Assembly (NCBI GenBank): GCA_043803745.1
Contig: JAZDJS010000049.1
Location: 1-64,000 of the forward strand
DNA: 64,000 nt
Origin: an archaeon
GTDB lineage: Archaea; SpSt-1190; DYHY01
Direction of reading: 5' to 3'
The notes under the pieces are model-generated. The model ran no database searches and was not told the DNA's origin. It saw nothing but the letters and a program-made list of their open reading frames with translations. Each line of letters opens with the position of its first letter. The stretch's first letter is position 1. This document shows, in pieces, positions 37,279 through 46,700 of the stretch. Made by a program: the position numbers and the translations under genes.

Positions 37279-37914
37279 ATGTCTGGGAAAAAACTCCTGT
37301 CGCGGATTGCGCTCTTCCTCATCTTGGCAGCAGTCCTTGCAGCAATTGTCTGGCATAATATTTCGCCGGAAACCGGTCCCGAGCCCTTCGGGGAAATCCT
37401 GCCCTACAACGGGAAGGTTGTCAAACCGGTCGCGGGATATTCTGTCTGCTCAAACTACGGGCTGCGCCTCGACCCGTTCACCGGGAAGCTCGACTTCCAC
37501 AACGCGATTGACCTTTGCGCTCCCGAGGGGCGACTTGTCAGGGCGGCAAAGGACGGGAACGTTGTTGCAATTGGGAACGATTTAGTCGCAGGGAATTTCG
37601 TCAGAATGCAACATCCCGACGGGACATATACTTCTTATTTCCATCTTCTCTCCGTTTCCGACCGGGTTTCTGTCGGCTCGAACATCGGGGCTGGAACCGG
37701 AATAGGCCTTGTCGGGAGCACGGGAAGGAGCACCGGGCCCCATCTTCACTTCTCCCTGCAGGATGGGAACGAAACATTCATTGACCCAAGCGGCTTGCTT
37801 GGTATCAGGAACGATGGGAACGGGATTGGAGAGGACGGAACGGTTTCGCTCCTGACAAGAATCACCAGCTTTTTCACGCCATCGACCTGGGCGAATTGGC
37901 TCAACCCCAAATAA
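37279..37914 (+). CDS. M23 family zinc metallopeptidase with N-terminal TM/signal
   Basis: YGLR.DPFTG..DFHNAID (HxxxD), YFHL, VGSTGRSTGPHLHF (HxH). Confidence 0.92.
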   Translation: MSGKKLLSRIALFLILAAVLAAIVWHNISPETGPEPFGEILPYNGKVVKPVAGYSVCSNYGLRLDPFTGKLDFHNAIDLCAPEGRLVRAAKDGNVVAIGNDLVAGNFVRMQHPDGTYTSYFHLLSVSDRVSVGSNIGAGTGIGLVGSTGRSTGPHLHFSLQDGNETFIDPSGLLGIRNDGNGIGEDGTVSLLTRITSFFTPSTWANWLNPK

Positions 37915-37938
37915 AAACGGCAGAAATTTATAAGACGG

Positions 37939-38700
37939 TTGCCGGAAAGCCAACCCGTGCCAACAACAGACTGGTTCTCGATGAGGGTTTTCTACCCCCT
38001 CTTCGGAAAGCTCTTCAACTTCGGGCACAAGGGGATTGAAGGCGCGCCTCCCGGGGAGAATTTCATTTTCGTAATGAACCATGCCGGGGCACTCGACGTC
38101 TTTTTCGCACCGGCCGCAATAGTCCCATTCCGGAAAAGGCCCCTCCGAATCCTCCTTGATGTGAAAGTCTACCAAGTTCCCGTGCTAAACTGCCTTTTCA
38201 GGGGATGGAATCCGATTGTCTTCGATGTCGGGGATCCGGAGAGCCGAACGCGCTCAGTCCGGGAAGCTGTCGCGGCTCTTGGGGCGGGAGACGATGTCCT
38301 GATTTTTCCCGAGGGGAGCGTCAACGCAGACGGCAGGTGGAAGCTGAGGCTCCATACCGGAGCAGTGAAGATCGCCCTCCTTGCAAGGAAGCGGATCCTT
38401 CCGGCGAGAATCAAGGGAAGCTACGATGCATGGAAATTTGTCCTCTACAGGAGGCTCGAAATGTCCGACTTTCCGAGCAAGCGGAACAACGCCAAGTATG
38501 CCAGGGAATTTGCAAATGGAATGCACAACCCGTTTGCATTCAACTTCCGAACTCCCGTGCGGATTTCCTTCGGGAAGCCGGTTTCCCTTGAGAAGAATTA
38601 CGGGAAATTCGACCTGCGGAAGAAATCCAGAAGGACGAAGGGCTTCCTTGTAGCGGAAATCAATGAGCTAATGAAGGGAATCGGACGCATTCGGCTCTGA
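37939..38700 (+). CDS. Lysophospholipid acyltransferase (PlsC family)
   Basis: NHAGALD (HxxxxD), IFPEGS, FGKP. Confidence 0.88.
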   Translation: MPESQPVPTTDWFSMRVFYPLFGKLFNFGHKGIEGAPPGENFIFVMNHAGALDVFFAPAAIVPFRKRPLRILLDVKVYQVPVLNCLFRGWNPIVFDVGDPESRTRSVREAVAALGAGDDVLIFPEGSVNADGRWKLRLHTGAVKIALLARKRILPARIKGSYDAWKFVLYRRLEMSDFPSKRNNAKYAREFANGMHNPFAFNFRTPVRISFGKPVSLEKNYGKFDLRKKSRRTKGFLVAEINELMKGIGRIRL

Positions 38701-38762
38701 TGAGCGCTTATAACCCTCCGGGGAACGCTTAATAGCGTGGCTTGCCCAGTTCCAAGGGCAGA

Positions 38763-39557
38763 ATGGTGATTCCGGAGACTCAGTTCGAGTCTTGGGCTTG
38801 CCAAGGCTCTATGATCCGCGCGAGGGAAACCTATGAATCAGTCCGTGCGGCGCTGAAACCCCTCCGCGCGCTTGGATCAACGGAAGTTTATCTCCAGGGT
38901 TCCTACGGAAACAACACGAACATCCTTGCCGACGGAAACGTTGACATTGTCGCGCAGTTGAACGTCCCCTCTCCGGACCCGCTCCTTTTCAGCTCTTTCA
39001 GGAAGCGCGTGCTCTCCGCCCTGCAGGCATACTACAGCATTTCAACGGTTACCGAAGGGAATTTTTCCCTCAGAGTCAGGGATCCGAAGAACCGCCTTCC
39101 TGTCGACATCCTTGTCGGGCTCAAGTGCGTTGACGGACAGGGTTTCGAGGGGCTTTGGTTTTCATCTGCAAACGGGACCCAGATAACTGACTATCCGAAG
39201 CTCCACATCGAGAACGGGGAGAGAAAGGACCAGGAATCCGGCGGGAGATACAAGGAGACCGTCCGGGCTTTCAAGCGGGTCAGGGCGCACCTTTCCGAGA
39301 ACGGCTTGATTGAAAAGGGCGGCGTCCCGTCTCCTTTCCTCGAAAGCCTCCTTTACAACGTCCCGACAGGGCTTTTCAGCAAAAGCCGCCAGGAAACTTT
39401 CTGCAATTCGGTCGGCTGGCTCCTTGGCGCGCCTTTTGAGGAATTCAAGTGCCAGAACGGAAGGCGGGAACTTTTCGGAAGTTCGCCCCGTCAGTGGTCC
39501 GTTGAGCCGGCGCGCAAGTTCCTTGCAGCTGTCGAAGACCTCTGGAACCGGTGGTGA
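38763..39557 (+). CDS. cGAS/DncV-like nucleotidyltransferase (CdnE-like), atypical catalytic motif
   Basis: YLQGSYGNNTNI..DGNVDI, YPKLH.ENG..K, YKETVR.FK, ESLLYNVP, CQNG...LFG....QW. Confidence 0.8.
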   Translation: MVIPETQFESWACQGSMIRARETYESVRAALKPLRALGSTEVYLQGSYGNNTNILADGNVDIVAQLNVPSPDPLLFSSFRKRVLSALQAYYSISTVTEGNFSLRVRDPKNRLPVDILVGLKCVDGQGFEGLWFSSANGTQITDYPKLHIENGERKDQESGGRYKETVRAFKRVRAHLSENGLIEKGGVPSPFLESLLYNVPTGLFSKSRQETFCNSVGWLLGAPFEEFKCQNGRRELFGSSPRQWSVEPARKFLAAVEDLWNRW

Positions 39558-39606
39558 CCTGGTGGTGAACCGAAGGCAATATATTCTCCAGAGGCGTCCC
39601 GGGAAC

Positions 39607-40083
39607 ATGGAAAAAGGAGAGACTGGCTGCTGCCCACGATTCGCGCCAAAGGGCTGGGATGGGAAAATCCTCAAATGGAAGGGGAAAAAATTCGTGAAGG
39701 GAAGCGTTTTGACGCTCTTCTACATTCCGCTCAATTTCGGGCAGGTGATTTCCGGACTCATGAAAAAGATCTCGGCGGCAGGTGCGAAAAGCCCCGGCTG
39801 GATGGGACTCTCGGACCACACATCCCTGTTCAACATGGACATTTACGTTGCAGTCGACCGGAAGGTCCCGGCACTTAGGAACGTCGAGCTGAGCGGGAAA
39901 TTCTTCAGCAAGGTCTATGAGGGAGATTTCAAGGAAACCGGGAAATGGTGCGGGGATTTTTCTGCCCTGGCAAAGAAGAAGGGCTTCAAGATAGGGAAAC
40001 TCTACATGTGGTACACGACCTGCCCCAAGTGCGCGAAGGCATATGGGAAGAACTATGTGGTTATCGTCGGGAAAATCGGCTGA
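39607..40083 (+). CDS. Conserved GyrI-like/'hydrolase' small protein
   Basis: ETGCCPRF, SKVYEG, WYTTCPKCAK.YGKNYVV. Confidence 0.7.
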   Translation: MEKGETGCCPRFAPKGWDGKILKWKGKKFVKGSVLTLFYIPLNFGQVISGLMKKISAAGAKSPGWMGLSDHTSLFNMDIYVAVDRKVPALRNVELSGKFFSKVYEGDFKETGKWCGDFSALAKKKGFKIGKLYMWYTTCPKCAKAYGKNYVVIVGKIG

Positions 40084-40113
40084 ACAATTGGAAACTATTT
40101 TTCTCAAAAAAAA

Positions 40114-40491
40114 ATGGAAAGAAGCCTCGAGGAACTGCTTGCCGGACTGAAGCTAGCCGCCCCCGCAAATTCCGAGGAAATCGGAAAGGTCGGAGCTGCG
40201 CTTCCTAGTGATTACTTGGAATTCCTGAGAATTTCCAACGGATGCAGCGGATTCTTTGGCAAGCGTTACCTGATTCTTTACTCCCTCGAACGGATTGCCG
40301 CAGTCAACAAGACTCTAAATCCGAGAGGAAATATCGTTTTCTTCGGCTCGGACGGGGGCGAAACCGGCTATGCCTTCGGCTTCAAGGGAGATGTATTGGA
40401 AATCCCCTTCGACACGAACCTTGAGAAAAGGAAAGTTGTCTCGGCGGGTTTCCTGGGATTCCTTGAGAATCTGAGAAAATCGCAGGAGTAG
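40114..40491 (+). CDS. SMI1/KNR4 family (immunity-like) protein
   Basis: LPSDYLEFLRISNG, FGSDGGE..YAF. Confidence 0.85.
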   Translation: MERSLEELLAGLKLAAPANSEEIGKVGAALPSDYLEFLRISNGCSGFFGKRYLILYSLERIAAVNKTLNPRGNIVFFGSDGGETGYAFGFKGDVLEIPFDTNLEKRKVVSAGFLGFLENLRKSQE

Positions 40492-40502
40492 GAAATTCGC
40501 AG

Positions 40503-41174
40503 CTACCAGATTCCGGGAACGAGCCGGTATTTCGTTTTCCTGCAGTATTGCCGGTAACCCGGAAGGGTTTTCAAAAGGAGCTTTTCCTCGTCAAGGAGCC
40601 GCAGGATTATCACGGGCGGTATTACAAGGAAGGGTATCAGCGCAAGGAAAGAGCCGAGCGCAAGCGGGGTCAGGAGAAACATCGCAATAACTCCCGAATA
40701 CATCGGATGCCTGACGATAGAATAGGGTCCGGTTGCAACAACCTTCTGCCCCTTCTCGACCTCGACAACCCGGGAAAGGTTGCTGTTCTCCCTCATAACA
40801 AAAAAGACGAGAAGGTAGCCGAGGAAAACGCCGACGCTTGCTGCAATTGCAATTTCCGCCGGCACTGGCGACCATTTGTAGCGGTAGTCGAACCCCGGTA
40901 TCGCAAAGCCGATGAGGGCCAGGATTGTCGAGAAAAATATGAACTTTCCCTGGCTGGCCCGCTTTTCCTTGAACCTCATCCTGCGCTCAAGGAGCTTCCG
41001 GTCGTTCTTCAGGAAATACGCGATAACGAAAAGCGTGGGGAGGATGACTAGCCCTGTGTAAACCCAGGCGTTCCAGTAGGAAAGCGAACCTGCCGGGAGG
41101 AATAGGATTGCTAAAATTGAAACTATCGCGGCCAGGAACTTGGAAATTATACTCCACGCCGAGAATTTGCCCAT
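40503..41174 (-). CDS. Isoprenylcysteine carboxyl methyltransferase family membrane protein
   Basis: QKVVATGPYSIVRHPMYSG, EE..L...LPGY..Y, RL.PGIW. Confidence 0.88.
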   Translation of the reverse strand: MGKFSAWSIISKFLAAIVSILAILFLPAGSLSYWNAWVYTGLVILPTLFVIAYFLKNDRKLLERRMRFKEKRASQGKFIFFSTILALIGFAIPGFDYRYKWSPVPAEIAIAASVGVFLGYLLVFFVMRENSNLSRVVEVEKGQKVVATGPYSIVRHPMYSGVIAMFLLTPLALGSFLALIPFLVIPPVIILRLLDEEKLLLKTLPGYRQYCRKTKYRLVPGIW

Positions 41175-41207
41175 ATACTCAGAGTGCGAATTCAGGTATT
41201 TATCATC

Positions 41208-42134
41208 TTACCTGAGGACCTCGTCATATCCTATGTGCCTGAAAAAGACCTCCAGGTCGCCCTCGTAGAGGCTGAACGGGTCTATGGAAAGCGCAGTTAT
41301 TCCCTCGGTCTGCTGGAACGGTGAACTTGGAAGATTCGGGCCCCTTATTGAGAATGTCGTGAGGGGATGGATGTGCCCTTTTTTGGAGGAATCCCTGTAA
41401 GGGGGCAAGTCAGTCCTCCAAAAGACCGCTCCACCGTCCTCCGCAATCTGGATTACGCCCAAGCGACTCCAGTTTCCCTTGACATCTAATTGGTAATCCC
41501 GCCCGTTATAGTTCCCGAAATGGCTCCAGATTTCACCGGCGCCCGGGAGCCCTTCCCCGATAGGCTTTGGGAACAAATAAGGGTAGAAATCCAGGTGGAA
41601 GAATACGGGCCTATATGTCTTGAGTGGATTGTCGTTCCTTGAAAAGACAATTCCCGATTTTCCTGAGAAAGTTTCATCGGGAGGAATCGGGACGCCCGTG
41701 TTCGCGTATGCCGGAACCGAGAATCCTTCTATCGGGAACTTGAACGAAACCTTTTCGGCGCCACACTCAATTGAAGTGCCTGCTTTCTCAAGTGCGGTCT
41801 CTTCAATCTCCGGTCTTAGGCGGGCAAGCAGGGCTTGCGGAGTTTTGCTTTTTTTGAGCAGCCTTAGGAATCCCTTCGAAGCGTTCTCATCAACGCACCA
41901 CCAGTTATCGGGATATTCAGAGTCTTTTTCGGCTGAGCGGGCAAGTCCGTTTTGAAAAGCATCCCCATAAACCGAAGCAAGCCAGGGAAGGGCAAACTCC
42001 TTCGCAGCCGAAAAGTCGTATCTCTCGCCCCTCCACCAGTCGAAATAATCCTTCTGGGAATTGTGGGGCGGGCGGGTCCCTCCGGCTGCCTCGTAAAGGC
42101 CTTTCAGGAATTTCGAGAGTTCAAGAGGCGGCAT
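41208..42134 (-). CDS. Hypothetical protein
   Basis: Start likely MPPLELSK at 42134; the upstream extension is antisense to the next gene. Confidence 0.55.
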   Translation of the reverse strand: MPPLELSKFLKGLYEAAGGTRPPHNSQKDYFDWWRGERYDFSAAKEFALPWLASVYGDAFQNGLARSAEKDSEYPDNWWCVDENASKGFLRLLKKSKTPQALLARLRPEIEETALEKAGTSIECGAEKVSFKFPIEGFSVPAYANTGVPIPPDETFSGKSGIVFSRNDNPLKTYRPVFFHLDFYPYLFPKPIGEGLPGAGEIWSHFGNYNGRDYQLDVKGNWSRLGVIQIAEDGGAVFWRTDLPPYRDSSKKGHIHPLTTFSIRGPNLPSSPFQQTEGITALSIDPFSLYEGDLEVFFRHIGYDEVLR

Positions 42135-42225
42135 GGGAAGAATTTTCCGGGGGAGATTTATCAGCTTTTCCGTGGTCACTGGAAAAATCCCCAAGGCTTT
42201 TATTCGGACGGCTCTTTTCAGCCGG

Positions 42226-43572
42226 ATGGAAATGAAAAAACTGGTTTTTGCTTTCGCCCTTGCGCTTTCCGCGCTCTTGTTTGCACCGGCATATTCCGCC
42301 TGCGTGAACCCCCTCGACAATTCGACTTTCGCGGGGAAGATTGAATCGCTCGGGACAACCAGCTTCTGGCTAACCTCGAACGTAACGCTCTGCACCGGAA
42401 GGTATGAGCTCGGGTCTAGGAGCTTCATCCTGAGCTCCGGCCACACCGGGATAACCCTTGACTGCAACGGCTCGACAATAGTCGGCCCCGGAAAGATCGG
42501 GGGCGCTAGCGGAGGGGTTCTCTTCGGATGTTTTTCAGGGAACACATATTTCACCTGCACGCTGAACTCGGCGGTCAGGAACTGCGTTTTCGAGGAGCAG
42601 AACACCGCAATAAGCGCGACAAACGTAAACAGCATCACAATCGAGAACAACACAATCAGGAACGTCAACTACGGAATTTCCGTCAGCGGTTCAAAGAACC
42701 CGGTGATAAGAGACAATTCGATTTCCGGCGCGATTTTTGACGGGATAAGCATCAGGGAGGGAATCGGGAGCTGGAAGACAATAGGGGCTGACGTTTCAGG
42801 CAACCTTGTCTCCGGCTCGGGGCATTACGGGCTCAACATGCTTTTCGTTAATTCAAGCACATTTGCCGGAAACAGGATTACCGGGAACGGGTATGGCGGC
42901 ATTTACGCGCTGTTCACCAACGCAAACACCTTTTACAACAACCATTTCGAGAACTCAAAGAACGTCCGCCTCTCGAACTCGACCGATTTCTGGAACATCC
43001 AGAAGACTGCCGGGACAAACATAATCGGAGGACCCTATCTTGGGGGGAACTACTGGTCGAACTATAACGGGACCGATTCCGACGGAGACGGGCTCGGGGA
43101 TTCCTCGCACTCCGAGAAACTCCTCGGCACGGACAAGGGACTGGAGCTTTCCGACAACCTCCCGCTAGCGCGCGTTCCGACCTGCTTTGCAAAGGAGGTT
43201 TCCTCGCAGTTCGGAGTCGGGACGGGATTCCAAATCCCTGCTGCGCTCCCCTACAAGAACGAGATTTTCAACGTGAAGCTCTGGGCGAACCAGACCCCTG
43301 CCGGGAGCTTTGTCGTTTCCGGGGGGGCGGTTTCCTCTATTTCCTGTTCCCAGGAACAAAAGCCTACATATACAGTCTATGTAACGAGGCCTGAAGCAGT
43401 CGGAGAGGTTGCGAACTCGGCTGACCCGCTGGCGGAATTGAACCAGAAAATCTCCTTGAAGGAAATCGACATTCGGGGGGAGACCCTGCCAAAGAAAATA
43501 GGCGCGTTCTTCACAAAGGTCGGGCTGAAGGTCGCGAATTTCGTCCGTTCCTTCGGCAAACGGAGAAAGTGA
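42226..43572 (+). CDS. Secreted right-handed beta-helix (NosD/PbH1) protein
   Basis: Signal peptide, N.I..N..GI repeats, FYNNHF, NIIGGPYLGGNYW, DSDGDGLGD. Confidence 0.85.
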   Translation: MEMKKLVFAFALALSALLFAPAYSACVNPLDNSTFAGKIESLGTTSFWLTSNVTLCTGRYELGSRSFILSSGHTGITLDCNGSTIVGPGKIGGASGGVLFGCFSGNTYFTCTLNSAVRNCVFEEQNTAISATNVNSITIENNTIRNVNYGISVSGSKNPVIRDNSISGAIFDGISIREGIGSWKTIGADVSGNLVSGSGHYGLNMLFVNSSTFAGNRITGNGYGGIYALFTNANTFYNNHFENSKNVRLSNSTDFWNIQKTAGTNIIGGPYLGGNYWSNYNGTDSDGDGLGDSSHSEKLLGTDKGLELSDNLPLARVPTCFAKEVSSQFGVGTGFQIPAALPYKNEIFNVKLWANQTPAGSFVVSGGAVSSISCSQEQKPTYTVYVTRPEAVGEVANSADPLAELNQKISLKEIDIRGETLPKKIGAFFTKVGLKVANFVRSFGKRRK

Positions 43573-43617
43573 ATTTTCCGGCCGTCAGAATTATAAACCT
43601 GTAAAGCAGTCTCACCT

Positions 43618-44217
43618 ATGGCTGTTCCCTTCGGGAAAATCGCTTTTGAGGAAGGCGGCGACAGGACTTTTGACGAAACGAGGAAAATCTCGAAATATTA
43701 CGTGTCCTGGGAGGAGTTCCTAGGGCTTGCCGAGTCAGTTGCCGAGAAACTAGACCCGCTGAAATATGACATCGTGCTCGGGGTTGCGAACGGCGGGCTT
43801 TCCTTCGCGCAGACGGTTTACGAAAGGATACGGGACGGGAACCGGGAACTTTCCTGCGGAAGCGTCCAGCTTCGGAGATACCGCCAGGAGGGGGACGGGC
43901 GCGGAGTCGAGTTCTTTTATTTCCCGGATGAGCTTCTGCGGGGAAAAAGGACTCTTGTGTGCGACGAGGTTGCCGATGACGGGATCACCTTGCAGGCGCT
44001 CAAGACAAGGCTTGAGGAAATAGGATGCTCGACGGAATATGCAACTGTTTTCGTGAAGGAAGGCTCTGCTTTCAATCCAGACTATTACGGAAGGCGGATC
44101 CCAAAAACTGTCCGGCATAACGGCGAAGCATATCTCAACTGGCTCGTCTTCCCCTGGGAGAAGGAATGGGCGGAGTTTTATCTCGGCAGGAGGGCTCCGG
44201 CAGCCAAGAGAACCTGA
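43618..44217 (+). CDS. Type I phosphoribosyltransferase (purine PRT-like)
   Basis: GVANGG, LVCDEVADDGIT, PDYY, WLVFPWE. Confidence 0.85.
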   Translation: MAVPFGKIAFEEGGDRTFDETRKISKYYVSWEEFLGLAESVAEKLDPLKYDIVLGVANGGLSFAQTVYERIRDGNRELSCGSVQLRRYRQEGDGRGVEFFYFPDELLRGKRTLVCDEVADDGITLQALKTRLEEIGCSTEYATVFVKEGSAFNPDYYGRRIPKTVRHNGEAYLNWLVFPWEKEWAEFYLGRRAPAAKRT

Positions 44218-44750
44218 CGCGTCCGTTCGGGAACCGTTCCAGTTACCGTGATGTATGGGATTTCTTCCTCATCCAGGAGCCGCACAAGCTCCGAATCTAT
44301 CGCAAGCCTCAGGTCCGGCCTGTCAGGCCTGACGCCGTCCCGCTCAAAGGGGATTTCGGGAGGGAGATAGACAACCAATTCATACCTCCTTTTCGCATGA
44401 CCGATTCCCGCGGTCCGCAGGGGGAAGAGAAGCTCCCGAGGAACCCCGAATTCCTCTGTGAAAACGTACGCGGACGCTACTCCGTTAAGAGTCCCGCCCT
44501 CCGTGACGAAATGGGCTTCCCTGTTTTCGAATGTTGCCGTTTCCGCTAGGGCCGCAAGGGAAAGATATGCCGCCTCAATGGGCCTGTCAAGGACGCGCAG
44601 GTCGCCGGCGCCCCTCGCTTCCCGGAATTTTGCTTTCACGGAATCCGCCGAGACCGGAAGCGCAAGCTCGCGCGAAAGCTCGGCAACAAGAACCGATTTT
44701 CCCGAGGAATACGTGCCGACAACCGCGATTCGCGTGTATTTCGAGGTCAC
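44178..44750 (-). CDS. AAA_28/NadR-like P-loop kinase
   Basis: GTYSSGKS, YLPPEIPFE.DGVR, VTGTV.ER. Confidence 0.75.
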   Translation of the reverse strand: MTSKYTRIAVVGTYSSGKSVLVAELSRELALPVSADSVKAKFREARGAGDLRVLDRPIEAAYLSLAALAETATFENREAHFVTEGGTLNGVASAYVFTEEFGVPRELLFPLRTAGIGHAKRRYELVVYLPPEIPFERDGVRPDRPDLRLAIDSELVRLLDEEEIPYITVTGTVPERTRQVLLAAGALLPR

Positions 44751-44826
44751 TTCGGCTGGAATCGGGGCGGATTTTTAGCTTTTTGACTGACTTTTTATAT
44801 CGGGAGTCGCTTGAAATGGATTCAAA

Positions 44827-46296
44827 ATGAATGCAGTTTTCAAGAGGCACAAGTCGGCGCTGGTCCTCCTCGCAATACTCGCCTTCGCCCTTTCCCTCCG
44901 GCTCCAGTACTTTGTCGGACCGGGACTCAACGATGACGTCGATTATTTCTACAGCGCAAGAGCGGTTTCCAGGGGGGATTTCGGCTCCCTTTACGGGGGA
45001 AGCATAAACGCGATAAGGTCCATGGTGACCGCCCCGATTGCGTTCTTCTTCCGGCTTTTCGGGAGGACTGACAAGTTTGTCGCTGAAATCTGGCCCCTCC
45101 TTTGCTCCCTAGGAACTGTTGTCCTTACCTATTTCCTTGGGAAAGGGCTTTTTTCGCAAAGGACGGGCCTGCTCGCGGCGTTCGTTCTTTCCTTCTTCCC
45201 TGTCGATGTTGCCTTCTCAACCCAGATAGTTCCCACAACGCAGGTCGTCTTCTTCTTCACCCTGACGCTTTTCCTGCTTTTCCGCTCCCTGACCAAAAAA
45301 CGGGCGCCGGGGAAATTCCTTTTCCTTGCCGGGATTTCCGGCGGGCTCGGATATCTTGCCAACATAATGATGGTTTTCGTCCTCTTCTTCTCGGTCGGGC
45401 TCTTCCTGTTGATGTACTGCCGCGGATTTAGGAGGCTTCTGCGCGCGGCAATCCCGATTATCGTCGGATTCCTCCTTGTCTTCCTTGTCGAGGCGTGCTT
45501 CATGTTCGCTTTCACCGGGAACCCCCTGCACCGGCTGCAGGTAATACACGAGACTGAGAAGATGATCGGGACGAACACTGCAATGGAATATTATCCGAAG
45601 GTGATGGGAACCATCACGAACCCGGACTATTCGGCCCATCAGGGGAACCTGGGGCTGCATTTTTTCGCCTTCGTTGCGGGAGCTGCTTTCCTGACGGCTT
45701 TCCGGAGAAGGAAGGGAGCGATTTTCCTTGCGCTAACCTTTCTCCTGATAATGTCCTATTTCCAGTTCGGGATAATGACTTCGACGCTCAAGCCAATCGC
45801 GAAATGGGTCAGATACCTGATAATATTCGGCCCGATTTTCTCCATCTCAATCGCGGAATTCTTCCGTTCGCTTCTTCCATGGGAAAAATTGACGGCGCCG
45901 CTCGCCGCCCTGGTTCTCCTCTTCGCAACGATCCCGTATCTTGAGGGAACAACAAGGGCATACAACGAGCAGCTGGAACCGTTCAGGGAAACCGCAGAAT
46001 ATCTGGACTCCCTGGAAACGGATTCGCCCGTCTATGCGGACGGGACTGCCGCCGCCTTCTTCTCGATTGAGCTCGGGTTCGGAAGGATGATCCGTGTTTT
46101 TGACAAGAAGACCGAACCGGAAAATGTCGCCGGGAGTTATGTTGTACTGAACGGCTCTCGAGGCACCTCCGAAAACCAGGAAATGAGAGGCTATTTGCCG
46201 GAATTTGCAAGAAACCCGCCTGGGAACTTCCGCCTTGTCAGAAAGATAGAGGGCAAGTTCTTCTCGCCGGAAATCTACTATGCGGAGAAAACCTAG
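44827..46296 (+). CDS. GT-C fold glycosyltransferase (ArnT/PMT family)
   Basis: LRL..F......DD..Y...A, LTYFLGK.LF, RY; many TMs. Confidence 0.82.
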   Translation: MNAVFKRHKSALVLLAILAFALSLRLQYFVGPGLNDDVDYFYSARAVSRGDFGSLYGGSINAIRSMVTAPIAFFFRLFGRTDKFVAEIWPLLCSLGTVVLTYFLGKGLFSQRTGLLAAFVLSFFPVDVAFSTQIVPTTQVVFFFTLTLFLLFRSLTKKRAPGKFLFLAGISGGLGYLANIMMVFVLFFSVGLFLLMYCRGFRRLLRAAIPIIVGFLLVFLVEACFMFAFTGNPLHRLQVIHETEKMIGTNTAMEYYPKVMGTITNPDYSAHQGNLGLHFFAFVAGAAFLTAFRRRKGAIFLALTFLLIMSYFQFGIMTSTLKPIAKWVRYLIIFGPIFSISIAEFFRSLLPWEKLTAPLAALVLLFATIPYLEGTTRAYNEQLEPFRETAEYLDSLETDSPVYADGTAAAFFSIELGFGRMIRVFDKKTEPENVAGSYVVLNGSRGTSENQEMRGYLPEFARNPPGNFRLVRKIEGKFFSPEIYYAEKT

Positions 46297-46304
46297 GGAA
46301 ACCC

Positions 46305-46700
46305 TTAGGGCGCGCCCATCCGTCCGGAGAATTCCTGGCTTATTTCAAGCGACGAGCCCTTGACGGATACGAGGGTTCCGCAGCTTTCGGAAAGGCATCC
46401 GCCTATCTTCGCGGTTGAACAATCGACCTTCCCGACACAGGAAATCGCAATCTGGCTTGAGAAGCTCGAGCCCTTCTGGATTCCGAGCTGGAAGGACTGG
46501 ATGTTCCGCCGGAACGAGTAAGGGGCGGCGTATATCTCCGAAATCGTCCTGTTGAAATCCGAGACAATGGAAATTTCCTGGCTCGGCCTCTCCGCCCCGC
46601 CCCGGTACCCATTCCGAACAATTGCGCCAATTGCAAGAAGGTTCAGGACTATTATCACCGCGGCAATCACGAAGAACTGGGCTCGGCGCCGTCCCCCCAT
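46305..46700 (-). CDS. Pilin-like protein (class III signal peptide)
   Basis: MGGRRRAQ-FFVIAAVIIV. Confidence 0.65.
   Translation of the reverse strand: MGGRRRAQFFVIAAVIIVLNLLAIGAIVRNGYRGGAERPSQEISIVSDFNRTISEIYAAPYSFRRNIQSFQLGIQKGSSFSSQIAISCVGKVDCSTAKIGGCLSESCGTLVSVKGSSLEISQEFSGRMGAP

Noticed and set aside
38763-39557. Complete CBASS system
   Set aside because: No recognisable effector or Cap2/Cap3 gene is adjacent.
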